A DNA stretch of 64,000 nt. It comes from Phoronis australis. Taxonomy: Eukaryota > Animalia > Phoronida. The DNA lies in the NCBI GenBank assembly GCA_002633005.1, contig NMRA01000332.1, forward strand, positions 73,121 to 137,120, in the 5' to 3' direction. A program made the translations under genes and the position numbers. The notes under the pieces are model-generated. The model saw only the letters and a program-made list of their open reading frames with translations, was not told the origin of the DNA and ran no database searches. This document shows, in pieces, positions 10,118 to 22,900 of the stretch (positions are counted from its first letter, which is position 1; the number at the start of each line of letters is the position of its first letter).

Positions 10118-13100
10118 TACGACCAAAGTGTAATTAAAAATGAACTTGTAAATTAAGAATGGCATTCGACTAAAATCTTGAAACATATGGTTGTCATTAA
10201 TTTTTAATTAAGTCAATATTGATATCACTGGCAGCAATGAGTTATTCGCTAAGTGCTTGTAATGACATCGGCAAACACATTTAAAAGTAATTGCATCAGT
10301 CTGTCTGGAGTTGCTGGAGCAGGCTTGTAAACGTGTGCAATAGTAAAGTTTTTGTTGCGTATTCTGATGATGTGATAATAAGCATTCATGGTCTTTAAAT
10401 TTGTATGAAATATCGTTTTTGTATAGACTCACAAGCCTTTTATAACGTAAGCAACCAATCCACCATGAGTACCGGCACAACAATGTAGTGAATGACCTGT
10501 AATGTGGATATCCTAGTTGTCTCAATTAAATAGTGGGCGACAATCATTCGTTGACAGTCATGATTCTTGTATGCAGGTGTCATCAAAGAAATAATTTGCT
10601 ATTTGAAGATATGTAAGACCAAGGTATAAATAAAAGCACACTAAAGTACAGACGCGTATGACAATTAGGACCACGGTATAAGGAAAAATAAACTACACGC
10701 TAACAGAGGAATAAAATTATTATGCAAGGGCGAACGCTTTAAACTCCCACCGTCGGTCTCGGAAGGCGAGATCCGTTTTATCTCCCAATGCAATCTTTAC
10801 AAGACGGATTGTCACTTTCTAATCCGCACAGTGATAATGCAGTTAAATACACCTATAACTAATGACAAGCTCGACAGTAAAGCGTTGTTCTCTATTCCTG
10901 TTAATCGTTTCGAGGAGACACGCTGCTGATTGAATTACACGGGTGAATTGCAAAAAATTGTCTACGTGGGTGAAATCCACGTGTCTCGTCAATTCATTGA
11001 CTTCCATTCTATTCTGGCAAGTGATCAACACTTCCTAAGTACGTCGAGAAGGCTATACATGTACATGTAATGTGTTTGAAAGACTGATCGTGATGTGCCG
11101 CTTAATTGTAGAGAGTTAATTTTATCTGTTTGAAATAATCCCGGATGCACTTACGGATCAACGTTAATCGGGTCCTTAGGCACCCCTCCCCCCAACCCTT
11201 ACTACATTTTCGAACTCATAATCTTCACGATTATTGATCAATAGGTCGCCACCCACGAGCTGTGAAGTTTTGATTTCTTCATCGAGTTGTCACCAGTTTG
11301 TGAGAGGAGACGTGAGGCCTGTTCCTAAGGGATCGTGCTAAGTAGACGGTGTAGCTTCAGCAAAAGTTTCGTGACAACTTTCACCTGGTAATTTTATTTT
11401 GACACTGTGCACATCATCCATGGGTGTACTTTTCAAACGTAAAAAGTTGCCGCGTTTAAAGTTGTATATTTTCATATGATTACGATTTCATTCCATCGTG
11501 GTTATACGCTATAACCCTCTCACGGCGTTGAAGCAATGTTTTCACACCCCAAAAACTGTAAACATTGAGCCTCGTGATTATTCCTTGGGTGAAAGCTATT
11601 GCACTACTAGTCATTTGACAGTGTGTAGTGATGCTAATGAAATGGCATCAAAGGTCTCGAAAACAAGCCGTGATTTATGACTCGTATTCAGTGCTTTCAC
11701 TACATTACCCACCAAAGGCATCCGCCCCCACTGCAAAGAACGTGAGACGTACCCTAAATACTTACAAAGTACATGTGTATGATACTTCCATCGTATAAAA
11801 TAAAAGCATTGGCAGTCAACCTTTTAGTGTATTTTGGCACCGACTGGGACGCGGCTTGACAATAACATGAGCCAGTTTTCCGAGTTTAGCAAGAAAGAAA
11901 TTAGATTGATGCTGGGCTTCTTCTTTCTGAATATTTCCAAACATAGAGTATAAATTATGACTCTCTTTTGCAAAAAACCCCATTGCGCTCATTCCAGTGA
12001 AGGCGGTTACAGTAAAATTTCCAAGGTGATTTCGAATTCCCAGTAAATATGACAAGTGTTGTCGTACTCGACACTGACTTATTGTCGTCCAGGAGACGAT
12101 TTGTGTCGAGTAAGACAATTACATATGTCACAAAATCCCCCTTAATTACGAAAACATTTGCAACTGATTGAAGATTTTCATTCTTTCCGAACAAACCCCT
12201 CGTTAGCGATAGGCATGTTTCTTTATAAAGGAGCGGAAGACAATTTTAGAACCAGGAAATTTCTGATGCACGCATATCGTTTACATAGACGACCCGCTTG
12301 ATAACATTGGCGAAGAATTACCCAAGAAGTGAAACTTATTTAGGTTTGAGAGTTATGACAAGTCATTTTTTCTGATGTTTCGCTAACAAGCACAATTCAG
12401 TTTGGCTTTTTAACTTTAAAGTATGTGCATACTAATTTCAAATGAGTTACACGTTTCGAAGCTTTGTTTTAAAGAGGCGTGGAACGTAAAAGCTCGTCAA
12501 AATGACTTTTAAAGAATTCCTGACGAAAATACCATATCGAACCGTGTACTACACTTTCTCCTGTGAGAGTTTTCAGAAAAAATACAAAATTTGCGATTTT
12601 TGAAATAGGCACGAAGGAAAATCTCTAGTCTGCACCATAGATTTTCTAATTTCCCGCCCACTTATGATCAGTGCGCTCAGTCATTCGACAAACAGTTGAC
12701 GGACAAGACTAATGTTAACGACAGATGATCATGTGTAATCGAACTCCGAATCTTAGGTCGATAGCACAGTAGGCAAGCTAACGAAGCAAGTAATTTTCCG
12801 AAAATAATTCCAAGTGCATTTTAGAATGAACGTGTATGTTGAATGCTACGATAACATTATAACTAATTTCAAAGAGTTAGGACTTACATCAATTGCCTTA
12901 TTTATCGGACTGGCTGCAGTTTAAAGAAGCCATTGTTTTGTTTACATTAAAAGTTACAGGTCACATTTTCCATGCAAGGGAAATGTGCTAAGTCAACGTC
13001 TTGCCATACCACATTAGAAGACGTGCTTTGCCGTGAGGGAGAAAAATCGACGAAGTGACGAGCAGTTGACAAATCATTTTTTTGAAATTTGAAACTAGAA

Positions 13101-13162
13101 GAAAAATGTTTTAACATCAACAGAAATTCATAATCATTACCAACAACACGTAAAATACCTGG

Positions 13163-15610
13163 TTTCTGTTTCTGTTTTTGTTTCTGTTTCTGTTTCTGTT
13201 TCTGTGGTGACGTCAGAGGGTAGGCACCGGAATAGTCTCTGGCCCCCTCCTTCCAGTATCGCACGCAATGTAAATTTGGAGATGCAATCAAGTTCGTGCT
13301 GGTTACACACTTTTTGATCTTTTCCCCTGATACGAGTTTTTGCTGCATCTCCGTATTGCCATCCTCGCTCTATGAGGCGCTTTGTTGCCCATCTCTCCTG
13401 TTGTTATACAATCAACGGCATCTGTAAGCGATTCACGCACTCTAGAGATTACATCTGCTGGTGTGAGGAGGAAGTAGGCAATCGGTTGTGCGATGCCTGC
13501 AAGCTTATACGCCTTGACGTTGAATGAGATGCCACAGTGTCCTGGTATATAAACACTGTGAAGAGACCATTAATAGAGCTGAACAGATTGATCCAGGAAT
13601 CTTTCACATGACCAGTTTTTAGCCTGCTAATGAGGCTGAGGGAGTCTGTAAGTGAAAATGATCTGTCTGCGGGTGTTGTGTTCTGTGAGAGCCAGACTAC
13701 GGCGTCTTCATATGCTTCACATTCAGCTCTAAAAGACGAGGATTTTCCAACCCGTGCTGTTGACCATTCGAAGAGGCGCTGACCCTCGCGAGTCCAAGCA
13801 ACTGCTGCCCAAGCCGTAGTGTCATCTCTTAGTGAGCCGTCCGTTGCAACAATGATTGTGGGAGATTGTTCTTCAAGCCATTCCAATACAGTTGCTTGGT
13901 TGATACAGTCAGCTCTTTCCCGCCAATGACGACCTCCAATCTCCATTGCATTGATGACAAAGTTTGTGGCTTTGGACCACTCTATGCTGTTGATGTTCTC
14001 CACTGGACATTCCTCTTCGACAAGCTCCCTAGCTCCGATAACCCATGATTGAACAGTTTTCAGCCTCTGTGCAGTGAGCTCATTACTATGCTCTCTCAAG
14101 TCCAGGTACAGAGGATGAGAGTTGGTTGTAGCTGCCTTTAGAAATGCTTGGGCTGCTAGTGTCTTCTGTTTAGTACGGATGCTATTGATACCTAACCAGT
14201 ATTGGAGAGTGTCAACCGGAGTTGGTCTAGCTGCTCTAGTTACTATTCTCGTGGCCTGGTTTTGAATCCTCTGTAGTTTGGTCATTGACTGTTGGGAGGC
14301 ACATAGACACAGATGGAGCCCATACTCAGTTGTTGCACCGACAGTTGCATTCATGAGCTGCACCAGGCTCTTTTGTTGGGTCTGCTGGGCTGCTACATAT
14401 CTCAACAGTGACAGACTCTTGGCACCTTTCTTAGCTAGGAATTCGACATGGGAGTTCATCGTCATTCTTCGATCCATCTCATCCCTAGATAGGTAACTTC
14501 AGGAACATGAGGTATCAAGGCTCCCATATATCCCAGGGTGAACATGTTTGGGTTAAAATAACCTCGTGAGGCTAACATCCATTCTCCTTTATCTGGTTGG
14601 ATGGGCATCTTGTTGTCTTCGGTCCAATAGGCCACACCATCACTTGCTGATTGCAGGCCCTCTGCGGCATGTCTTGGAGTGTTTGCCTCATTGGCGACTA
14701 TCAATTCATCAACATAGCTGTACGGCTAAGCTCCACCTACACTTGCTTCTTGTATGAGATCTGCCGAGTAGACGTTAAAGAGTAATGAGCTGAGAGGGGA
14801 CCCTTGCGAGAAATCTGAGCTTGCTTCAAAGATGCTTGACCTCCACTTGCCAAATTTGAGTTGACACCTGCGGGTATCCAGCAAGATTAGAATCCAACGG
14901 ATCATTATATCGGAAACCTCCATTTGTCTGAGTGTGTTGGCAAGAATACCCATATCCACTTTGTTGTAGGCATCTTCCAGATCGAAGAGAGCAATTGCAG
15001 TGTGTGGCGAAACCTGTATTCCCTTCTGAATTTCATGCAGTATCGCTTCAACGTTGGACAATGGATCGTCTTGGTCTAGCTATTCCAACTCTCGGTGATA
15101 GACAGCCACGTCTCTCTAGGTCACATGCTAGTCGCTGCACTACAATTTTTCCGTAATATTTGCCCAGGTGTTCGCCATGGTGATGATTCTGTATCCCTTC
15201 AGTTTGCTATGGTCTTTCATCGGCTTTGGAAGAACCACCATGCTGCAGTCTCTAAGGTCCTGGTTCATGGTTTCATCAACAAGTGAACTGTTTATCGTGT
15301 GAAGGAGCTGGCTCTTCTCCTCTGGGCTCATGCTTTTCAGGTTAGAGTATTTAACTCCATCCGGCCCGGGAGACGAGTCTTTACTTATCGAACGTAGGAT
15401 TGCACCTAGTTTTTTCAAGTGAGACTGGTTGCTCATTGTTTTGATCATTCTCCTCGATATGCTGGTTCACAGACATTTCCATTCACACAACAAAGGCCTT
15501 ACTGTCCATTTGTTTCCACTCGGATTCAACCATGAAACCTGACGGTATAAACAGTGACGTAGTCCCAATGGAAAGAACAGGAATTCGCAAGAATCAATGT
15601 CATTGACAAC
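13163..15610 (-). mobile_element. 5'-truncated non-LTR retrotransposon with RT and RNase H (I-group, Ingi/Nimb-like), disrupted
   Basis: Broken RT motifs SSPGPDGV, LPKP..YRII, FDLEDAYNKV, QGSPLSSLLFNVY, YLG. RNase H motifs VATDGS, SSFRAE, LTDSLS. The 3' end runs into a (CAGAAA)n tail at 13163-13204. Confidence 0.88.
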
Positions 15611-16479
15611 AGACTGTGCATTTGAACTTGGGTATGTTAACAGACAGGAAATTGAGTACTGCTGTAAGTGTTCTTATCTACAATCACCATACTGTAGTGA
15701 GGACGACGTGGTTTTTTCCATCCAATTTGACAGCATTCTGTAGTGAAATGGTCAGCAAAAAAGAAATTTATTTCGCAACACGGTTTATGAAGGGGTTGTG
15801 GTACACAGAAACTAGATCGCCAGTTATTATAATGGGGTGAAAACTAAAATAATAGAAATTGAAGATGCACCAATTAAGCTGCTGTGCCAACTCTTTACAG
15901 GAACACCAACACATATCAATGAAACTGCAGGTAGAAAGGAACGTGACGGAAGCCTGCCAAACTGCCGCAGTTAATCAACTCGTAATGATAAATAAATGGA
16001 AAACAAACATTTGCAATCATTAATCAAACATAGAACCATAAATTCAGACCATTTACACTACACATAAGCGGATTTGGGGGGCAAGAGGGCTATGCACCTC
16101 CCCCCCCCCCCTAAAATTCTTCGCGATTCCATTCGGGGATGCGAATGTCTGACGGGCAAAATCCTAGCTAACACTGCCCTGCCCTCCAAACTCAAAATCA
16201 TAGATTCGGCCCTTCAACTGCAAAAAGTGTAAACAAGACGATTGTCAGACATATGAATGCTCTAGCCGCACTGAATCTGGTGACCTCACTGAAAAAATGC
16301 TGTGGGGGTACTGCCGGTAGTGCACAGAAAGGGGGGGGGGAGGCGCGAAGGCCCCTGTCATCCACATACCAACATCCACTGAATCACTAATTGTGACTGA
16401 TCTGTAATAACTTTCTATTATATATTTCGTCTTTTTTACCTTTCTTAGTTTTTGGGTTCGTCTATTTGAGTGGAGAGAG

Positions 16480-16700
16480 AGAGGCACGCCATAAAAAATC
16501 GCCCTGGACAAAATCAGACATCGTCAAAGCTCTGCACGCTACTGGGCACAGACGAACAATTCTACGCAGCCACACCAATTCAGTCCACTGGCCCTGGATT
16601 ACGATGTGTGGTTGGACAAATTTTGATTTGCACCCTGCACACAGCAATCCTCGCACAACCACAACCATAACTTTCAGTGACCAATTGCACAGTTTTCAAG
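16480..16700 (+). mobile_element. Possible Kolobok transposase core fragment
   Basis: Stitched across frameshifts: AIKN..ALHAT..TDEQ..PHQFSPL..CGW, resembling the A..H..STD..P.H..CP.G..SWC motif. Confidence 0.35.
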
Positions 16701-17197
16701 TTTTTGTCACATCCTGGGTGGTCTCTTTTTCAGTCACATATGTACCAAACTTCAATTGGGAGTTGCCAGACCAGAAAAGTAACTTTACACCTTCTGGGCC
16801 AGTTAGTACCCTCTGATACAGCGCCATCTATGCTAAACAGCTACCTTTCGTAGTATACTGAAAGAGTATAGCCAGTTAGTCGAATAATATCATCGTACTT
16901 CCGTGACGGTGGAGAGCAACATCCATATAAAGTGTCCATCTTGAGGTCAACTGAAAAGTCCTTTGAAGTTGAATCAGTCTATGATAAAAACATTAATGCA
17001 CATGTTGATTCCATCCCCCCCCGTTTGGCGAAGTAGGCAAAAATGTCCGCCTCAGAGAAACAAAAAAATCCGAGAAAACGAGACAAATGTCCAAAGGCAT
17101 TCGGTGCGAATGCGCAATTCACAGGTCTGAACGTAGTATCCATTTTTTTAGTTAAATTAAATCAGTTCTTGGTCACAGTAAGATTTAAAACCGGACG

Positions 17198-17520
17198 ATC
17201 GCCGCACAAATGAAGTTCATGATAAATCAACGCTTCGTCTATTCGTTAGACATCATCAGGATATTTTCATAGGACAACAAGTGCCGACATACATCTCAGA
17301 TGACATCCATGAAGTGAAATGAGAGATGCAGAGTAGTCTGTAGCTGGTCATCACCATGAATGCAGGGTCACTGAGCTCTGAATGTTGTTCAGATAATCAG
17401 TAGCATGCTGGTTCTGAATGGCCAGTGACTCTTTAATGTACAGTAATTCCTTATTAGTTTCACTGCAGATAACACTAACTGAACTGGCTAGCAACAATCA
17501 CCAAGCCAATTCAGTTAGTG
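17198..17520 (-). mobile_element. Penelope-like 3' fragment (pLTR) with hammerhead motif and terminal fold-back
   Basis: Colinear with 28891-29190. Hairpin ACACTAACTGAA...TTCAGTTAGTGT at 17471-17521. Confidence 0.75.
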
Positions 17521-18159
17521 TCCGGTTTTTAATTTTAGTAAAATGTCCACATACTGAAAAATTCGAGCCCCCCATATTTCCGGCTGGGTGTGCACATGTA
17601 CACTGCACGTGTTCGCCAATAAAGGTCTAGTAAATCTTACGTTGACACTTCCTGCATACAGTTTCCCAACCCTGACGAAAAAGGGAGAGTGCTCAAGTAA
17701 GATGAAGTGTATTTCGCAGTGCATTAAGTAACTTCTTCGCTGCAGATTCTGCCGGACTGAGTAAGCTTTCATCCGGAGGCAGGCGTATTGCTATCGTCGT
17801 CAGCTTCAAGAATCTTAATTTTTGCAGTTTTCATCACAGAACCATCAATACTTTACATCGAGAGAACTCTTTAGTAATTTTGCTCTAAGATCATCTATTA
17901 CTGCTGATAAGCCAGAGTTTTCCATTTGAGGTACATCTACTTTCATACCTGGTGTTCTTGGTGAATTTGTGAGTTCTTCATTGATAAAACTCTTCCTTTT
18001 GTTCCTCTTGGTTGGTGCAGAAAGAGGCTTGGTCTTGGTGAAAGCTCGTTCTTTAAGCAACGTACACGTATGGACTTGACCTTGGCCACCGATTAGCGCA
18101 GATGTTACACCTTGAACTTAAAGTGGTGAAGCAATTATTTCAGACTGAAGTGACCTTAA

Positions 18160-19130
18160 AGAGTCCCCGTCATGCATTTTCTTAGTTTTCAAGGTTTCAG
18201 TTAGCTAATATGAAATAAATAACACAAAATCTAACAAAATAAGTACTTCTGATGCCAAATAGTCGTGATTTTTTTAATTTTGAAGAAAAATAGTTATTTC
18301 CAAGTTTCCCGCCAAATGATGCAATGTGTGGAAGACGTTTAGTCAGTTGACAATCAATTGCGATAGTGGAACACATCAAATCAGAAGACAAGGACGATTT
18401 TGAGTGAGAACTGGGCAATTTGTATACAGACAGAAAAGAAAATGGATAGGTCCATCTCTCTCAAATACTTGAAGAATCAGAAAACGAATGCAATTTCCAC
18501 TAACATTTGTCGGCTTTGAGGAAGTATGAACTCGATCCACTTGATCAGAAAATGCTGCAGACATATATGTGAGCCACGACCAACTGAACCAAGGGATAGA
18601 CACTTAATAATCACTGATGACAAAGCCCACAGTAAACCTGGGCATCATATTGCCATGATGGAATGAGAACAGTCTAAACACAATGCAAGCACGTAAGTCC
18701 ACGTGTCGTATTACTCGACCTGGGCCGGGGTCGAGAGAATGGCATCATTCGCCCTAGAATGCAAGCAGTTTCTTCGCTATTTACAAAATTTGCAAACACA
18801 CTTACAAGGTGGCGAGTCTCTCATCGTAACGCCACTTTCGCGTTTGGTCGAAACACGATTCCTTTAATTTTACTGAACCACTAGTGTCTGTGACTTACGA
18901 CTGAATTCCATGTTCCACACTGGCAATGTACACTCTCGTGCGGTGCACAAACTGGTGCTATTTCTGTACAACTTTCACGTATTTAGGAAATTTAAGCACA
19001 GACTGAGACTTTCTTAGTCACATTGCTGTTGCTACAGCTTCCACACAAACACCTTTTCATGTCTGAAAAAGGCAGCTCTCCGCGGGTATCCTCGCAACCC
19101 TCAGTATCCAACTGGTAAAAATAACAACGG
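18160..19130. mobile_element. Decayed Kolobok-like element with THAP relic
   Basis: Left terminus TTAA-AGAGTCCCCG. Minus strand from ATG 19060 gives MKRCLCGSCSNSNVTKKVS..KFPK..QK*HQFVHRTR (frameshifted). Right terminus not found. Confidence 0.5.
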
Positions 19131-19399
19131 CGGAGACAGTCTTCAACCCATTACATGAACGTACAACCTCAATAACAGAAACATATTTTTGAAATTGTTG
19201 GCTTGTTTCTTAGCAAAACAGGTATATTAAACTTGGGTTGCGCACCATAGGGTGCGGGGGGCTATAGCCCACTTTTTTCTGTGCTACGCCGCATGTGGTC
19301 TATAGGCGGTGCACTACAGGGGGCTGAGGGGGCTTTAGCCTCCCCACTTTTTGCAGTGCTGAGCAGCCCATGCTAAAGGCTATCAAATCACTTAAGATG

Positions 19400-19990
19400 T
19401 ATTAATAAATTTATTTTCGAGACACAAGGTAATGGTGGGAACTTTTTAACGTGGGCAATAACATGTTAAATGCAAGGACCTGCATCGGAGTCCTTCGGGC
19501 ATCTAGTCGGCAAGCACTCATTCCGATGGAAGCACTTAGACCGATCTTCCTTTGGGCCTTGATTCTAACAATGTCATTTGCATTCCGCCATGATTTTGAG
19601 AACAATTGTTCCCCATTAAACAGCGGCTGCAGCCAACCTTGTTTTAGCTTGGATCTAGGGGTTGACGTGAATGTAGTTCGCCTGTCATAGACTGTGCAGA
19701 GTATTTATTGAAGGATTACGCCTGGTCCGCAGTGAGGGGTTCTGTAGAAGCCATAATTCACTCATGGATATTCGACCTAAGAATGCTCAGTTCCTTATCC
19801 TTCGAAATGGCGTTGCAGTCTTCCACACAGCATCAAGGATTACGAATGCAATCGGCGGGCAGCCAAATATCATCCTGTTTCAATTGTGTACCCCAATCCA
19901 ACAAACGGCTTCCCAGAAGCTGCCGAGTTCAACAAGTTTATGGCTAAGCCCAGCAGAAAACTCAAATTCTAGGAAATTTTATTCTTTTAC
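19400..19990 (-). mobile_element. Possible decayed LINE fragment (post-RT region)
   Basis: Stitched LDTIE..RMIFGCPP resembles the post-RT segment of I-group LINEs; heavily disrupted. Confidence 0.25.
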
Positions 19991-22900
19991 ATGCCAAATG
20001 CAAAAATAACGATGCATCGGTTATTAGATGCGCTGAGAGGTGTACGTATATCCAAAACAATGCAAAATTGCCCGCATGTCCTACGGATATGGAAAATTAG
20101 TGCATACTTGCATTTTTAAAAGAATATGAAGTGAGATAACTTCATCAAATCCATGTCAAGATCCCATCATTTTACAGCACGACTGAAATGCTTGGGCTGC
20201 TGCGCCCTAACCTCACCCACCGGAAACACGCACACGGCCGGGTCGAAATTGAATGTACCTAGGAGGCTATCGTGTTCCTGCCAGGCTTCACGAAGTTAGA
20301 GAGTCCCGTTCAGTCTTCTTAAATTTAAGACCGCCGTTGGTCGCCAGATGCTGTCCCTGCTTGAGAATGTGAGTAGAAATGGGTTCATAAACAATGTAAT
20401 CAACGTTTTTAGAACTATCCAGTTCTTGTACACCCTTTAAATGGTTGCTAAATGGATACTTTATTCATATCAGTTCCAACTCCTTAGCAGACAATCACTA
20501 GAGCAATGAATTTCGGAGCTCTGGTTTCGGTGTTTGTGGACATTCGAAGTAGTGAGTTTTCGAGGTTGCGAACCTTCGGCCTCGGAGTAGTGAGCCTGCA
20601 GAGTAAGCAGTGGACCTTCAGAGTAGTACATTACGGCGTTTTCTCGTTGCTCCCAACTTGTTCGATTCTATAGCCCAACAACAAGTTGGGAAGTTTTTCC
20701 CTGTAGCCAATATCTTACACAAGTGATTAACTCCATTCTGGCATTTATTGTTTGAGGGCGAGCTCTCTTTTGTTCGATAATTGCTCTAATCTCCAAACAG
20801 ATCGTATTTACCCTGAATGGGATGTGCTGTTAAGAATAAAATTTGAGTTATAACATATTTGAAGATAAGCCAATAGCATTTCTGAAATCTTCGTCAAATG
20901 GTGATCATGTTTAGTTTTTGAATCGCCAAAATCGCTCAACTGCAACCGAAGTTACGGCAATCTAATCTTCCCGAATACACCAATTCACTCTTGGTTTGAC
21001 TGTGTTCACACCTGGTCTGTAATAAGAATGGTAGATAATTGGCCTGCCTATTGTCATAACAGACAAAAGACAGTGCTTGACAGTTAACAAAAAAGCTAGA
21101 TGTTATCACAGGCTCACCACTCCCTACGTTTGGTTAAGTCTCTGAACGGGAAAACGCTGTCATGAAACCTTCGGAATAGTGACATGTAAACTTGGAAATT
21201 TTCTCCATCAAGTTTGTTGCTAGTGTGAAGTCTACGAGGTTGTGAAGCATTGACAATGATTGGCAAGAAAAGACTTTCTTCATTGTCCAACGTTTTTGTT
21301 AGGTCTAGACCTATTTTTAATTTGAACGTGCTCGTCGGGGATTTCTTAGCGCAAGTTAAGGGTCTGGTTTGAGCGACGACGGAAGACTGTATACTGAATG
21401 GAAGTGCACACACGTGCACGTGCATGCATGCCACTCCACCAATGCACAATCAAAGACGCCACTGGAAAAACAACATATTTGACGATCACTTTCAATTCAA
21501 AATTTCAAAATGCCTTTACCGTATTATGCTAGCAAATATACAAAAATAGCAGATAATAAACCTATGCTTTTTGTTTTTTTGTTGGTAGATTTTAAAGCAT
21601 TCACACCGCAAAACATTTAGTAAGATCCCTCGCTGCCATTAGCTTAGCTACGTATAGGCGTTTACTGCCAGTCTCCCTTGTTACCATGTGGTGTACCCTC
21701 TACGCGCGCTCAGTACGTGTAGATGAATAACATCGAGCCTCCTAATCGTGTGCACGATCCTGTCATCTACGCAAACACCAATCGAGCAAAGTTGGCCAGA
21801 TACGGCCCGATGATTACGTGAAGTGCTTTGATTCAGGAACCAATTCAAAATTATTTCTAACTTACTTCTTATAGTAATAATTTTGTTGCTTTTTTCATCT
21901 ATATCTTATCCTCATCGGATAAGCTGGGGCTGGACCCGTTCGATCGCACCCCCTCCCCTGGCTACGGGCTTGAATTGCCTAGAACTGATAGGGCACTATA
22001 CACATCAGTGTACATGTATAGTGGGACGACAGGATTTTGTGTCACTTTAGTCTCGAGTGTTCCAAAGTACATTGTACGCTCTACGATTGTGAGTCACTGC
22101 AATGCATCCAGATTTCCTTCGTCAGATTATTTTTTGTAAATAACGCTAAATTTATCAAAGTAAAAAGAACTAATTAGCGTGTTCTAACTCTGAAACTTGC
22201 CGAACACGCGACTCTTTAGTTTAAATCTAGGTCAACAGGTTACGTTCACGCATTACGTACCATTCGATTGGAGTGTAAAACTCAAGAAATTTCCACTATC
22301 ACGATGTAATCTAGAATCACGCTCGATTAAACTTGTCAAGCACGCCTTTTGTGTTGGTACACAATACTGTGGTTAAGCTGATCAGAGCTTACAGTCACAC
22401 TAAGGAATAAACAGGTGAAAGGTAAGCCTAATTTCTCTAAAAATTGACCGTTTTTCTTCATTCGAAGTTTTTTAGTGAAAGTATTTCATACAAAACACAT
22501 CTGCTTCACGATATTTGTTGAAAGTTGCTTGCAATTAGTATTCTTAAATATCAGCTAGCGTCAGCGTGATGTTTACCACCTAATTGCTGGATTAGGTGAG
22601 CTTATCAGATGAAAGCAGACAATAAGAGAGCTGGACTATGTAAACATTGGTTTGTCACTGTCAAACTGAAAACAACACCGCCGAATCCCGACTGGCCGGC
22701 CAATTAATCGGGATACTCATTTCACTGCGCGGCTGCGAAACGATGGGTGGCAGACACCATCGAGAAAATACACAGAACTGTTCGGCGAGAGTTGTGTGCG
22801 AAACGTCAGAACTTAGACAGGATTTGATGCAATTTCATTATTTTTTGGTGAACTCATGACAAGTTTTCTAATGCAGATGATACCGCATTCGGTCGACAAA

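Noticed and set aside
11500-12930. Additional Kolobok element
   Set aside because: Several TTAAAG candidates and faint coding remnants, but no matching TIR pair.
12947-13348. ORF with a QKQKQK repeat
   Set aside because: Translation of the LINE 3' UTR and microsatellite tail.
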